From a virus (lineage: Duplodnaviria; Caudoviricetes), in IMG/VR virus record IMGVR_UViG_3300036770_005357: DNA of 64,000 bases. One strand, 5' to 3'. The translations under genes and the position numbers were made by a program. This document shows positions 8,225 through 18,404 of this stretch, piece by piece. The notes below the pieces were generated by a model, which was not told the DNA's origin, did not search any database, and saw only the letters and a list, made by a program, of their open reading frames with translations. How positions within the stretch are numbered: position 1 is the first letter of the stretch; each line of letters begins with the position of its first letter.

Positions 8225-10876
8225 TTAACTACTTCCCGAATTAATTTGTATTGATCCTACTAAAGCAGGATTTATTAAATTAAAGTTATTAAGTGTTACA
8301 TTTAAATAAGCTCTACCTGTATAAGCAGGTCCGGTATACCAGTTTAATGTCCATAAACTAGATGAATAGTATAAACTTCCGGATAAAAATCCGTGACGAA
8401 CTTGATGTCTGTGGCTACGATCGGTATAAGCAATTGCATTACTATTAACATAAACATTATATGGTATTGCATTACTACCGGAGTCATTTACATCAAAAGT
8501 ATACAAAACATACCTATCTATAAGATTGGAATATGAAGCATCTAAATCTAAAACTTCATATATACCATAATAAGCACTTGATGTAAATGGCGTAGCAAAT
8601 ACAAATATTTTACCATCTTCGGTGTTTAGTATGGTAGGACTGGCGGAATCGGCAAAAATTCTATTTTGCAGTCTTCTGATGTGTGATGAAACAGTAGGCA
8701 CTATAGATGATGTGCCATAATACATCATATATTGAAAATCAATATATGAAGCACTTAAAGAACTTGTTTGAAATCCATCTACAACTTGTAATCTATATGA
8801 TAAACTTGATGTAAGATTGTCACCTGTGGGATCATGAATGGTTGAAGGTATTGATTGTGGAGAAGTAGTCACATTTATATTACTTAAACCAGGAACATTT
8901 ACCCATTGTTCTTCGTCATTAACATCATATTGAACCGAATAAGTTTTTAAAGGAATATATGGGTTATTACTTTCTACTAAACCTGTTATGATACTTTTAA
9001 AATTTCCAGATTCTCTCTTTGTATAAGTCTCGGGATAACTAAATGCTGATGCTGATATTTGTAAATTAACTGTGGGAATTTGATAAACAGTGGGTGTTAT
9101 TTCTAATAATGCATATGATGATGCTCCCAAAGAATCGGAAACTGTATATCTGTAATTAAACGACTGTGAATTATAATTCGTATCGGTTAAAGTATGTGAA
9201 TATTGAAATGGTGTAACTGTTGTAGTAGATAAAACAGTCCAATCTCCCTCATCATTTCGTCTCCATTCTAAAGTTGCTGCAGCAATTTCAGCCTCGTATG
9301 AGTTTATAGTATAACTCATTTCTAAAAGATTATCAATAACTGTTTGATTAAATAACACTGCAGTAGAACTCGATAAGACTAATGTAGGAGCAATCGGTTC
9401 TCTTAAGGCTAATTCTATAACTTCCGCTACTGTTTTTCCTGTAGATGGAATCGTGTCTCCATTTATATATCTACCAAAAGATTTACTGGCGGATATAGAA
9501 ACTGATAAATCATTTGGAAAAACAAAAGAGTCTGACGAAGTACCACTTGTACCCGCAGATCCACTTCCTCCACCGGCCCAAGATATAGAATAAATTTTAT
9601 CCGTATTTAAAAATCCTGTACTGGTATAAACTGCGTTTACGGTTAAAGTAAAATAATATGAATTATCTACTATGCCCGATATTGTGTAAATGCCATTTAT
9701 CTGAGGATTGCCTAATTCAACTAATTGTAAAAAAACACCATTTAAATCGACGGACGATAAATTTAAAAGCCAATTATATACATTATTTGTATAAACATCA
9801 AATTTAGACAAATGTATCGTTTTTAAATCAGTCAGTATAGCATTATCTACTGAAAAATAACCTGCCCTAGCATCTGTAGATAAACCATAAAAATTCCATC
9901 TAATTGAATTTGCACCGTCATTTCCACTAATACCACTACTACCAGTTGTACCGCTTGTTCCGGTTGTACCACTTGAACCATCCACGCCGTTTTTTCCGGA
10001 AGTACCACTTGTTCCATCTAAACCACTTGTACCGGAGGATCCACTTGTTCCAGAATCACCATTAACACCGTTCAAACCACTTAATGTCCATGAAATCGAA
10101 TATATATTTTCCGGTGTAAAATCACCATTAGCTGATATAGATGTAACTGTTAAAACGAAATTACTGTTTTCTACATCATCAATTATGGAATCTATTAAGT
10201 AATAACCTAAAACGGAACTTGTATCATTTACATTTTCTTGAAAGATATCCTCTTCAGTCTGAATAGGTTGTACTTTTTTCCCCAGATCTTTTATTTGAAG
10301 AAACCCGATTCTGTTTTCTAAATTATTTTTTAAATAATTAAACCAATTCAATAAATCAATATTTCCAATTGAGTAATATGATATCGCTAATTGTGTTACA
10401 TTTTGTAAAATTAAGTCGTCAGCTACAAAAGTTTCAGGTTGCGTAATTGGATATGTACTATTTAGGTCATAATACCATCTAGAACTATTAGCTCCATCCA
10501 CGCCATCTACGCCGCTAGTACCATTTGTCCCCGGACTTGGGGCTGGAGAGGTGATTGTTATCCACTGTGTATCATAATCACCATCGCTTTTTTTTGCTAG
10601 GACTTGACCTTCTTCGCCGCCTATAGGCACTCCAATTCCGGATTCACCACTGGAACCGCTAGAACCGGTTTCTCCATTTGCACCACTTGTACCACTTGTA
10701 CCGGTAGCTACATTACATTCTATTTGTTTTTGTAGTTCGTCTATTATCTTTAAAAGATCATTAACACTTGTATCTCCTAAAGAAGTTCTTGCACGCTTAT
10801 AATTTAATATAGCGTTTTTAAGTACATCTGGATCTGGCGGACATGAATTGCCGTTACTGTTGTTACAATTTGCCAT
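8225..10876 (-). CDS. virion structural/fibre protein with GTSG repeats
   Basis: 883 aa with several SGTSG tracts and a duplicated NS.RW...Y..SWxxxG block. It lies directly downstream of the neck genes. Confidence 0.65.
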   Translation of the reverse strand: MANCNNSNGNSCPPDPDVLKNAILNYKRARTSLGDTSVNDLLKIIDELQKQIECNVATGTSGTSGANGETGSSGSSGESGIGVPIGGEEGQVLAKKSDGDYDTQWITITSPAPSPGTNGTSGVDGVDGANSSRWYYDLNSTYPITQPETFVADDLILQNVTQLAISYYSIGNIDLLNWFNYLKNNLENRIGFLQIKDLGKKVQPIQTEEDIFQENVNDTSSVLGYYLIDSIIDDVENSNFVLTVTSISANGDFTPENIYSISWTLSGLNGVNGDSGTSGSSGTSGLDGTSGTSGKNGVDGSSGTTGTSGTTGSSGISGNDGANSIRWNFYGLSTDARAGYFSVDNAILTDLKTIHLSKFDVYTNNVYNWLLNLSSVDLNGVFLQLVELGNPQINGIYTISGIVDNSYYFTLTVNAVYTSTGFLNTDKIYSISWAGGGSGSAGTSGTSSDSFVFPNDLSVSISASKSFGRYINGDTIPSTGKTVAEVIELALREPIAPTLVLSSSTAVLFNQTVIDNLLEMSYTINSYEAEIAAATLEWRRNDEGDWTVLSTTTVTPFQYSHTLTDTNYNSQSFNYRYTVSDSLGASSYALLEITPTVYQIPTVNLQISASAFSYPETYTKRESGNFKSIITGLVESNNPYIPLKTYSVQYDVNDEEQWVNVPGLSNINVTTSPQSIPSTIHDPTGDNLTSSLSYRLQVVDGFQTSSLSASYIDFQYMMYYGTSSIVPTVSSHIRRLQNRIFADSASPTILNTEDGKIFVFATPFTSSAYYGIYEVLDLDASYSNLIDRYVLYTFDVNDSGSNAIPYNVYVNSNAIAYTDRSHRHQVRHGFLSGSLYYSSSLWTLNWYTGPAYTGRAYLNVTLNNFNLINPALVGSIQINSGSS

Positions 10877-10917
10877 TTATTATAAATATAAAACAAATGA
10901 TAAGTATATTTTATATA

Positions 10918-12300
10918 TTATAATGGACTAAAAAATGATATTGGTATCCTACGCCATTCTCTGTCACTATATATATAAAAATATTCGCCATCATAACTTA
11001 TCCAACCATCTTGTCCATAATCTGACGATTGATATGGTACTTGATGATATATTTTTTCTGGGAATCGTTGAAATACTCTAAAAGCAGTATTAATTGGTCT
11101 ACGATTTTCAGTTGTATATATTGGATCACCATTACAATCGTACCCCGTTATATACTGTTGACCGTTGTAGTCATAATCAAATGTAGAAATCTCTCTTTTT
11201 AACCAACCCACCGGAGATTTATAAACATAAATATATTTACTATCATACGCTAACCATCCGTCTTCACCATAATCGGTTATAGATTTAGGTGTTGGATGAA
11301 AAACGGATGTATTAGTTTTTATAGGCGGTATTTTATTATATCCGTCATTATTTTTTGTAATATTGGGTACGGCTTCGATTCCAATTCCATCGACACTTAT
11401 ATAATCTTCATTTTTATCTTTTAACGCGGTTGTATCCTTATTGACAATCTTATTTGTGTTGGGAATTGTACCAACCACCTGTTCATCTAATTTGATTTTA
11501 CGAATTGTAAACAATTTGCTTGTAGTATTTTTAATACCTTCCATACTAGTTACATAATTTTCATTCAACAAATAAGCATTAACATTTAAATCAAATGTAG
11601 TTTTAATATTACGATCTTCACCATCATTTACTTCTTGTTCAATGCTATAATTATCTATTCTAGCTCTAAACTTAAATCGTTCTCTATCACCCCAATAATC
11701 TTTAGCTGCATAATTTATTTGTTCCAATAATTTATTATTTTGATCAACATAATCGGTCCAAATTATACATTCGTAACTGATATTAACGTGATTGGGTAAA
11801 GAAACACTATAAATTTGTTTTGTTGGTTTGCTTTTAAAAACTCCTTTATTAACTAAATCAAAACGATCATACTTATTTTTTTCTGTATAATTCGATAGTG
11901 TTTGATAACTCAAATAACGATTAAAAGTGGCTAAATCTTTATTGTTTTCAACATTTTTTCTACGAATCATAAATGCCGGCAACAATATTTTGCCTTGATT
12001 ATCACGAATATAACCATATTGTTTCATAGCAACCCACCTTTCAGGATTACCATAAATCACAGGCACTTTGACAACTTCGCCGTTGTCCATTACTTGAAGT
12101 CGGAGTGTATTATTAAGAGTATTAATTATTGCAGTATCAATATCTAATAATGTAACTGTAAAATTCTTTTCTTTATCAGTGTCACGACGAGTTGCGTAAG
12201 CACGATTATAATTTTTCTTTACATCCGACTGATTATCATTATTTTGTATCGGATTAGGTGCGTAATTTGGATTTGATACATTGTTTGGTCCCCATGCCAT
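10918..12300 (-). CDS. gp15: tail sheath stabiliser/tail terminator (T4 gp15-like) with C-terminal repeat extension
   Basis: KVPVIYGNPERW...LPAFMIRR motif, and position after the gp13- and gp14-like genes. Confidence 0.65.
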   Translation of the reverse strand: MAWGPNNVSNPNYAPNPIQNNDNQSDVKKNYNRAYATRRDTDKEKNFTVTLLDIDTAIINTLNNTLRLQVMDNGEVVKVPVIYGNPERWVAMKQYGYIRDNQGKILLPAFMIRRKNVENNKDLATFNRYLSYQTLSNYTEKNKYDRFDLVNKGVFKSKPTKQIYSVSLPNHVNISYECIIWTDYVDQNNKLLEQINYAAKDYWGDRERFKFRARIDNYSIEQEVNDGEDRNIKTTFDLNVNAYLLNENYVTSMEGIKNTTSKLFTIRKIKLDEQVVGTIPNTNKIVNKDTTALKDKNEDYISVDGIGIEAVPNITKNNDGYNKIPPIKTNTSVFHPTPKSITDYGEDGWLAYDSKYIYVYKSPVGWLKREISTFDYDYNGQQYITGYDCNGDPIYTTENRRPINTAFRVFQRFPEKIYHQVPYQSSDYGQDGWISYDGEYFYIYSDREWRRIPISFFSPL

Positions 12301-12303
12301 AAA

Positions 12304-12873
12304 TTATGATTGTCTTTCTACAAGGTTAATTTTGCTGAGTCTTGTATAGTGAGTATTGACGATTAAACTCCAAGACTTATCTGGATGACCGCCTAAAAAT
12401 TGTTCTTGTACAACATTGTCTATTTCAAAATATCTTTCGTTGTAAAGTACTAAATCACCAATTTCAGGAAAATAATTGGTTATTATGCAATCTCTTTCTC
12501 TAAATCTATATACGATATCTTGTTTACGATCCGGACCATAACCTTGATTTTCTGTACTAATATCACTTCGTTCAACCAAACAACTCAAATTTATAGCTGG
12601 GAAAAATACTTTACCCTTTTCACTACTACTCTCGCCGTAAATATTGATTGTTGTTTCATACGAAGCAATTTTAAATACTTGTACAACACATTCAATAATA
12701 TCACCAACAAGTTCAGCATTTACTGAACCTAATAAGTTCATATCTCGTCTAGAATAATATCTGCCTGGCAAATAATTTGGGCTATATACACCAACATCTT
12801 TTCTGCCTTGTGTCCAGAACTCCTTAAACGCTGGATTTTGTTTAGGATATTGTTTTGTGGTTGGTGCTGCCAT
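12304..12873 (-). CDS. gp14: neck/head-closure protein (T4 gp14-like)
   Basis: TINIYGES, FPEIGDLVLYNERYFEI motifs, and synteny between gp13-like and gp15-like genes. Confidence 0.65.
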   Translation of the reverse strand: MAAPTTKQYPKQNPAFKEFWTQGRKDVGVYSPNYLPGRYYSRRDMNLLGSVNAELVGDIIECVVQVFKIASYETTINIYGESSSEKGKVFFPAINLSCLVERSDISTENQGYGPDRKQDIVYRFRERDCIITNYFPEIGDLVLYNERYFEIDNVVQEQFLGGHPDKSWSLIVNTHYTRLSKINLVERQS

Positions 12874-12877
12874 TTTA

Positions 12878-14095
12878 TTATCCTATGTAAATGTGTAGTG
12901 GTACCTTAGAAAGCATCTTTTGCATTTCATCGCTTTCCTTACCTTTATTTTCTAATTGATTTACTCTCAAAGTTTTTTCAAGCATATCTCTTAGTTTCTC
13001 CAAAAGTGAATCTTTTTCTTCCTTAGCTTCTGCTCTTAATTCTGCACCATCCAATGTTACTTCGCCACCTGGAATTGGTACAGTACTATATTTTTGAAGA
13101 ATACGACCCAAAGTTTCTTTACAAAGTGCCAAGAAATATTTCTTAATCCATTGTTTACCGGCTTGATTTATCTTACAATATTGACAATATTCATAAGGTA
13201 CATCACTTGGATCGCTGATATATTCATAACGAGATCCACTCGTAAAGTTTGTAATATTCTTATCACTTTCAATATAATATTCAATCCAAATTCTTGTATT
13301 TTCAGTTGGAATTGGAAATAATCTCAATTGATTATTACCCAACATTTCAAATCCGAAATGACTCTTACGAACCATATCATTAAATTCAATTGCCTGTACC
13401 CTCTCTAAATCTTCAAATATAGGTGTCATCAAGAATTGAGTAGCCGGACTATAAGCACTGAATCCCATTTCTTGAAGTACATTGCTATAACTCATACCAG
13501 TCATACTAAATGGGTCGTATATACGAGCTATAGCTGGTGGTCTATAATGGAATATTCTACGAACTTCAATTCTAGAACCTGTCAAATGTAATTGATTTGC
13601 ACCGATAATTGTATTTAAATTATAAGTTTGTTGTGTGTTACTTAAACTAGCAGTAACATCAAAATAAGTTTTTTGTAATTGTACTTCGCCGCCTACAAGT
13701 GCTTCACTACCATATTGTTTACTTAATTGTACAACAAATGGTAATCCTGTACCTTTTACGCCTAAACCAGTTAAATTTTGATATTGATCTTGTGGTAAAC
13801 CTTGTACATTAATTAAATTATTAACAATATTAAATTCATTTATAACACGGTTGTATTCTAATACAGATTCTTCAAAACATGCGTAAAAATTGACATCAAT
13901 CATTTCAATGTCAACGATTGGATAACCTAAACGCTTAGCTGCCCACATGGCACTGCCACTACAATCATTTTCAAATGTACTTTCACCGGTATCACAATTT
14001 TCATTTAAATAATAGCCAAAAGGCACGCTTCCGGAAGTAACCATACTTCCGGATCCTGGCCATCTTACCCTATCTTGGTCTAAATTAGCACTCAT
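12878..14095 (-). CDS. gp13: neck protein / head-tail adaptor (T4 gp13-like)
   Basis: KRLGYPIVDIEM, WIKKYFLALCKETLG and PIPGGEVTLDG are typical gp13 motifs. Confidence 0.8.
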   Translation of the reverse strand: MSANLDQDRVRWPGSGSMVTSGSVPFGYYLNENCDTGESTFENDCSGSAMWAAKRLGYPIVDIEMIDVNFYACFEESVLEYNRVINEFNIVNNLINVQGLPQDQYQNLTGLGVKGTGLPFVVQLSKQYGSEALVGGEVQLQKTYFDVTASLSNTQQTYNLNTIIGANQLHLTGSRIEVRRIFHYRPPAIARIYDPFSMTGMSYSNVLQEMGFSAYSPATQFLMTPIFEDLERVQAIEFNDMVRKSHFGFEMLGNNQLRLFPIPTENTRIWIEYYIESDKNITNFTSGSRYEYISDPSDVPYEYCQYCKINQAGKQWIKKYFLALCKETLGRILQKYSTVPIPGGEVTLDGAELRAEAKEEKDSLLEKLRDMLEKTLRVNQLENKGKESDEMQKMLSKVPLHIYIG

Positions 14096-14099
14096 TAAT

Positions 14100-14107
14100 T
14101 ATAAATA
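14100..14107 (-). promoter_or_regulatory. TATTTATA putative late-promoter motif upstream of gp13-like gene (representative copy)
   Basis: Exact copies lie 4-5 nt before the ATG at 2619(+), 10881, 14100, 15284, 17427, 18392(+), 26712, 36075 and 54677. Confidence 0.6.
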
Positions 14108-14133
14108 TCTCCGTATGAGATAATACAATCAAA

Positions 14134-15279
14134 TTAGTGTATTAATAGCCAAGTTCCTATTACATCTGCTCTATTTGCACTATCATCACCATCGCCGGGC
14201 TTTACAATAACATTCCATTTTGGTTCAGTACCAACCGGTATCTGCATCATTTCATCATATGTAACTACACTGTCTTCGGGCATATTATACTTGGCAGCTA
14301 ACTTCTTTCTAAGTATATCAAGTGCTTCCGGAGACTTAAATTGCATCTTATCATTTGGATCTCTAATTAATTTACCATCTTCATCTTTAAGAATGAGATC
14401 GTCAAACATTTGTTTAGGTACAACCGTACTATGTTTTGTTTTGGCAAAATCAATTTGTTTTTCTTGTTCAGGTGTGGCACCCGCACTAAAATTCATCTTA
14501 AAATTAGATGGTTTATCACCTTGAGCAACACTTGCTACCTTGGTATAAGCATAAAAATCAATATTTGGAAAATCTCTAGCAATACTATATGCTAAATTTA
14601 AATAATCCGGTGAAAAGAAATCTCCCGCGTCGTGCCATCTTACAACAACTTTTGTTCCTTTCTTACCAAATTTTTTCTCAGCAGCAGATAACTCCGCCTT
14701 TAATTTAGCTTTATATCCTTCCGGATCATTTAATAAGAAATTTAATTGTTTTGTTTGAGATAGTGAACTAGCTTTCCACTGTACATATCCACCCTTTTTA
14801 GCATAACAATATACCTTACACGCACCTGCGCCAGGACAAGTATCTACAACTACAAATTCGCCTGTACTTTCATTTACAGCTAATCCTTTCAAAGCAGGCA
14901 ATCCGATGTTAAAATAAACCGTACTACCACCACCGCTGTGAGTTATTTTTTCATTTTGTTTTAATATTTTTTCTGGACGAGCAGTTATTGCAGCTTTTAA
15001 TTTATCTAAATCAAATGTACGGTCAGCTTCATCTTTGATTTCAATATTGCCTCTATGTACATAAGGCATCTTATATTTATCTAACTTTTCCTTTTCTCCA
15101 GCGGCAGTTCTTTGCAAATAAGCTTGTAATTCACCCGGAGGCAAAATTCTTGTAGTAGCCCCTAACATTTCAGCTTCATCCAACTCTTGATCTACAAATT
15201 GACTAAGTGGAACAATTGAAGTGTCGGGCAATCCAAATTCATTTAATTGTGATTCTAATAAAATATCAATTAATTTCAT
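14134..15279 (-). CDS. GP88-like phage protein (Cys-cluster, putative Fe-S enzyme)
   Basis: TCPGAGACKVYCYA, VRWHDAGDF and FYAYTK motifs. N-terminal leader MKLIDILLE. Confidence 0.7.
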   Translation of the reverse strand: MKLIDILLESQLNEFGLPDTSIVPLSQFVDQELDEAEMLGATTRILPPGELQAYLQRTAAGEKEKLDKYKMPYVHRGNIEIKDEADRTFDLDKLKAAITARPEKILKQNEKITHSGGGSTVYFNIGLPALKGLAVNESTGEFVVVDTCPGAGACKVYCYAKKGGYVQWKASSLSQTKQLNFLLNDPEGYKAKLKAELSAAEKKFGKKGTKVVVRWHDAGDFFSPDYLNLAYSIARDFPNIDFYAYTKVASVAQGDKPSNFKMNFSAGATPEQEKQIDFAKTKHSTVVPKQMFDDLILKDEDGKLIRDPNDKMQFKSPEALDILRKKLAAKYNMPEDSVVTYDEMMQIPVGTEPKWNVIVKPGDGDDSANRADVIGTWLLIH

Positions 15280-15292
15280 ATATTATAAATAT

Positions 15293-15559
15293 TCAAAGTT
15301 TTGTTATTTTTACTTTTAAATTACCGGTACCTTTTATTATTCTGTGATAAGTTTCTTTGGGTATAAACAGTTTATTTTTTAACAATTTAGGTAATTCGTT
15401 GTCTATTTGTACTTTCCAACCATCATTATCTATAACCTCTACTAATCTATCTTCTTTATCTATATGCCATTCCAATTCATGATTATCTACATCTTCGCTG
15501 AATTCTCTAACATATTCATTGTTACCCAATGAAATTTCTATAAATGGTAAATCGTTCAT
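15293..15559 (-). CDS. small cupin-like protein
   Basis: LEWHIDKEDR...FIPKETYHRIIKG two-His cupin pattern. Start placed at ATG 15559, which overlaps the upstream TGA (ATGA). Confidence 0.6.
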   Translation of the reverse strand: MNDLPFIEISLGNNEYVREFSEDVDNHELEWHIDKEDRLVEVIDNDGWKVQIDNELPKLLKNKLFIPKETYHRIIKGTGNLKVKITKL

Positions 15560-16812
15560 TTTATACCAAATAAGTTCTTGAACCAATTTATTATTCTAAT
15601 AAATAAGCTTGGTTTCTTGGGTACAACTGATACTATTTCATTGTTATTTTCAAATTTAATTTTTTCCTCTCCAACATTTAATCCCCAAGCACACATTATA
15701 GGCAAACTTTCTTCAATGTATTTATTTGGAAGTGTTCTATAACCCAATGTAATTTTATTGTTTCTAATTACAATATTTTCAAATGCCGGAAACTTTTTAT
15801 CGTCTAAACCGGGATCATAATTATATACAAAAAATGGAGCTGTAAATGGTGGTCTATCCCATTGATAATATACATCGCCAACAGTTAGTTCTACAACATT
15901 ATCTTCTACTACAACATTTTTATTGAAACTTATTTGATTTTCATTTGGCCATCGTTGACATGTTAAAGCAACAAATGCCCAAACATTTTTAGCTATATTA
16001 TTTTTTATAATTGCATCATGATTATGCCAACTATCAACATATATACACGGACCTTGGAAATTATTAAATATATTATTAGTAATTTCAGCATTATACGACT
16101 CTCCCATCGTAATAGCGTGTAAAGGACTTTGTTGCGTAACTATATCATATTCACAGTTATCAAATATATTACCGTCAACAATTGGATTTGTACCTCCAAC
16201 CGCAACAAATGTTACTTCGGGACAATGACCTGCTTTGCTGTTTTTCTTTCTACCTACCGATGTAAAAATGTTGTTTAATATTTTTGGTCCCGGTTGTTTT
16301 GTATCTATAGGAACACAATATACTGGAAAACATTCCCATGCTTGATCAGCTCCCACGCCAAAATTTATAAATTTACATCCCTTAATAGTATTATTCTTAC
16401 CACGAATTTTTATAGCACAAATTGTCGCACCATCATTGTTATTCTCATAATTACCATCAAATGTTATACCTTCTATCAAATTATCATCACAACTTTGATT
16501 AAAGTTTGTAGACAACATTGCTGTGTTTTGAGACTTTTTACCCAATAAATGTCTGCTATGTACATTGTCAACAAATTTAAATACAGTCTTGTCCGGACCC
16601 ATTCCAATAAGTTTTACACCGCTTTTTCTATTCCAACCCCAAGTTATTGTACTGTCACTCCATATATGACCTTTGTTCCATTCTACATCGTTTCTGCCAA
16701 ATACATGTATACCTTCGCTTACATAACATTCGCCTGTTTCATCAATACATTTATTAATGTATGGAACAATGTTTTGACCTAAACTATAACCATAAAACTC
16801 TGGAGTATTCAT
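15556..16812 (-). CDS. right-handed beta-helix (pectin lyase-like) protein, possible depolymerase/tailspike
   Basis: IEGITFDGN and repeated IxNNxF/IxNNxI beta-helix rungs, Asn-rich. Confidence 0.65.
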   Translation of the reverse strand: MNTPEFYGYSLGQNIVPYINKCIDETGECYVSEGIHVFGRNDVEWNKGHIWSDSTITWGWNRKSGVKLIGMGPDKTVFKFVDNVHSRHLLGKKSQNTAMLSTNFNQSCDDNLIEGITFDGNYENNNDGATICAIKIRGKNNTIKGCKFINFGVGADQAWECFPVYCVPIDTKQPGPKILNNIFTSVGRKKNSKAGHCPEVTFVAVGGTNPIVDGNIFDNCEYDIVTQQSPLHAITMGESYNAEITNNIFNNFQGPCIYVDSWHNHDAIIKNNIAKNVWAFVALTCQRWPNENQISFNKNVVVEDNVVELTVGDVYYQWDRPPFTAPFFVYNYDPGLDDKKFPAFENIVIRNNKITLGYRTLPNKYIEESLPIMCAWGLNVGEEKIKFENNNEIVSVVPKKPSLFIRIINWFKNLFGIK

Positions 16813-16819
16813 AAAATTT

Positions 16820-17422
16820 TTACCAATATTTACCTCTCCCTTTATTACCTAAACTACGAATTCTGTGACTTCTGCAACTCCAATATCCAGCTGTTGTACG
16901 ATCTTTCTTTTGACTACATTTATGTCTAGCTGCAAAACTCTTACGACGAGCTTTACTACGACCTCTTACTCTTAAACCAGGATCGCCAAAAGTTACTTTC
17001 TTGATATTGCCACCTCTACTCTTTACATATACAGCATATTTCTTAGGACCGCCCGGAGTTCTAAATGGACGATTGAGTGTAACACTTTTACCGCGATGTT
17101 TAGCTTCCATTACTAAATCTTCTTCTACCTCAATAGGCGCATCCAAATATATTTCTCTACCTTCAACCATTACCTTTACACCCAAGTCACTTTCCACCAA
17201 TTCAGCGTCTGGATCACAAAGTTCAATCTTGTTTTCGTAATAAAGTTTGCGTACTTCATTAATCAATTCAAAATAAGATTCGCTGTATGTTCTAAAAATA
17301 TTCTCACTAAGTGGTATATTCTTTTGAAGATGGTATTTTAAATTGTCACTAATTTCCACTTCTCCTACTAATTCCATAGGACAAAGTATATCACTTTCAA
17401 GTAAATCTTTAAATTTAATCAT
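16820..17422 (-). CDS. conserved phage protein with acidic N-half and basic C-terminal domain; candidate internal head protein
   Basis: Leader MIKFKDLLE. C-terminus KKVTFGDP...RRKSFAARHKC...TAGYWSC, recognised as a recurrent uncultured-phage motif. Confidence 0.6.
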   Translation of the reverse strand: MIKFKDLLESDILCPMELVGEVEISDNLKYHLQKNIPLSENIFRTYSESYFELINEVRKLYYENKIELCDPDAELVESDLGVKVMVEGREIYLDAPIEVEEDLVMEAKHRGKSVTLNRPFRTPGGPKKYAVYVKSRGGNIKKVTFGDPGLRVRGRSKARRKSFAARHKCSQKKDRTTAGYWSCRSHRIRSLGNKGRGKYW

Positions 17423-17434
17423 ATAATATAAATA

Positions 17435-18364
17435 TTAATCGTATTGATTAACAAGTTTTAATTCACCTATTAATTTCTTATCGGAATCGTTTAGATTTTT
17501 ATCTAATTCTACTCGTAAATCCTTTAATGAATAATTAACTCCTGTTTTTGATTCAACATTTTTCAAATGTTCTATTGTATCCACTACACAATCCAATGTG
17601 TTTTTATATCGTGTAAATTCAAATGAAGATGTTAAATTACTAAAATCAACTGATTTAGGAGCAATACCCTTAATTAAAGATATAGCACCCGCTGCAATAT
17701 GTTCAAATATGCTAAATATAGCACCTGCTATAGGATTTGTGGCAGCTGCAAATCTTAGTACCAAGAACAATATCAAGAATATAAATATTCCGGTTATACC
17801 CAATGTAAAGAATCGTTTCAAACCATAAAATACACCGCCTAAACCCAAATAACTGTTAACTTCATCTACAGTAACTTGCAATCTATCAGCCTTTTTAGCG
17901 ACCTCGGTAGCTTGTATTTCCAAACCTTTTATTTGTTGTTCATACTTATCTTGTATCTCTTTTTGACGAACTCTTAAATCGGTTATTTCTTCATCTTTTA
18001 ATTTAAGAGTCTTTTTACCCTTTTCTCTTTCTTTCTCAATTTCACTATTTAATAAATCGGTTATCTCTTTAATCTTTTGTAAATCGTCTAAATTAGGATT
18101 GCCTGTAATAGTTAATATTCTTGTATTAAAATCCATAGCAGTCTTTACTTGTACAGGAGGATTTGTAATTTGAGAAAGTGAATAATCGGTACCAGCTGCT
18201 AATGTAGATATAGCTTCTAACTTTTCTTGATTATTTTGCGCGAATTCTGTACGAGTCGCTGCTATATTGTCTCTTGTTTTTTGAACTTTTTCTAAGTTGT
18301 TAGTTTTGCAACTTGTAAGAAAAACGAGTATAAATAGAAATAAAAAGATTCTCATATATATCAT
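17435..18364 (-). CDS. lipoprotein with coiled coil and C-proximal TM segment(s); unimolecular-spanin-like topology
   Basis: Lipobox FLTS-C, a ~150-aa helical/charged region, then the hydrophobic LGITGIFIFLILFLVLRFAAA. The start may be the second ATG at 18355. Confidence 0.55.
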   Translation of the reverse strand: MIYMRIFLFLFILVFLTSCKTNNLEKVQKTRDNIAATRTEFAQNNQEKLEAISTLAAGTDYSLSQITNPPVQVKTAMDFNTRILTITGNPNLDDLQKIKEITDLLNSEIEKEREKGKKTLKLKDEEITDLRVRQKEIQDKYEQQIKGLEIQATEVAKKADRLQVTVDEVNSYLGLGGVFYGLKRFFTLGITGIFIFLILFLVLRFAAATNPIAGAIFSIFEHIAAGAISLIKGIAPKSVDFSNLTSSFEFTRYKNTLDCVVDTIEHLKNVESKTGVNYSLKDLRVELDKNLNDSDKKLIGELKLVNQYD

Positions 18365-18391
18365 AAATATCGGTTTTTATATAAAAAATAA

Positions 18392-18399
18392 TATTTATA
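18392..18399 (+). promoter_or_regulatory. TATTTATA motif upstream of histidine kinase, back-to-back with TATTTATG of the lipoprotein gene
   Basis: Same motif and spacing as at structural genes, here on the plus strand. Confidence 0.55.
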
Positions 18400-18404
18400 T
18401 AATA

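Noticed and set aside
18297-18404. N-terminal extension of the kinase in the ORF track
   Set aside because: It begins at TTG, overlaps the divergent gene and runs through the AT-rich promoter gap. ATG 18405 has the conserved upstream motif.
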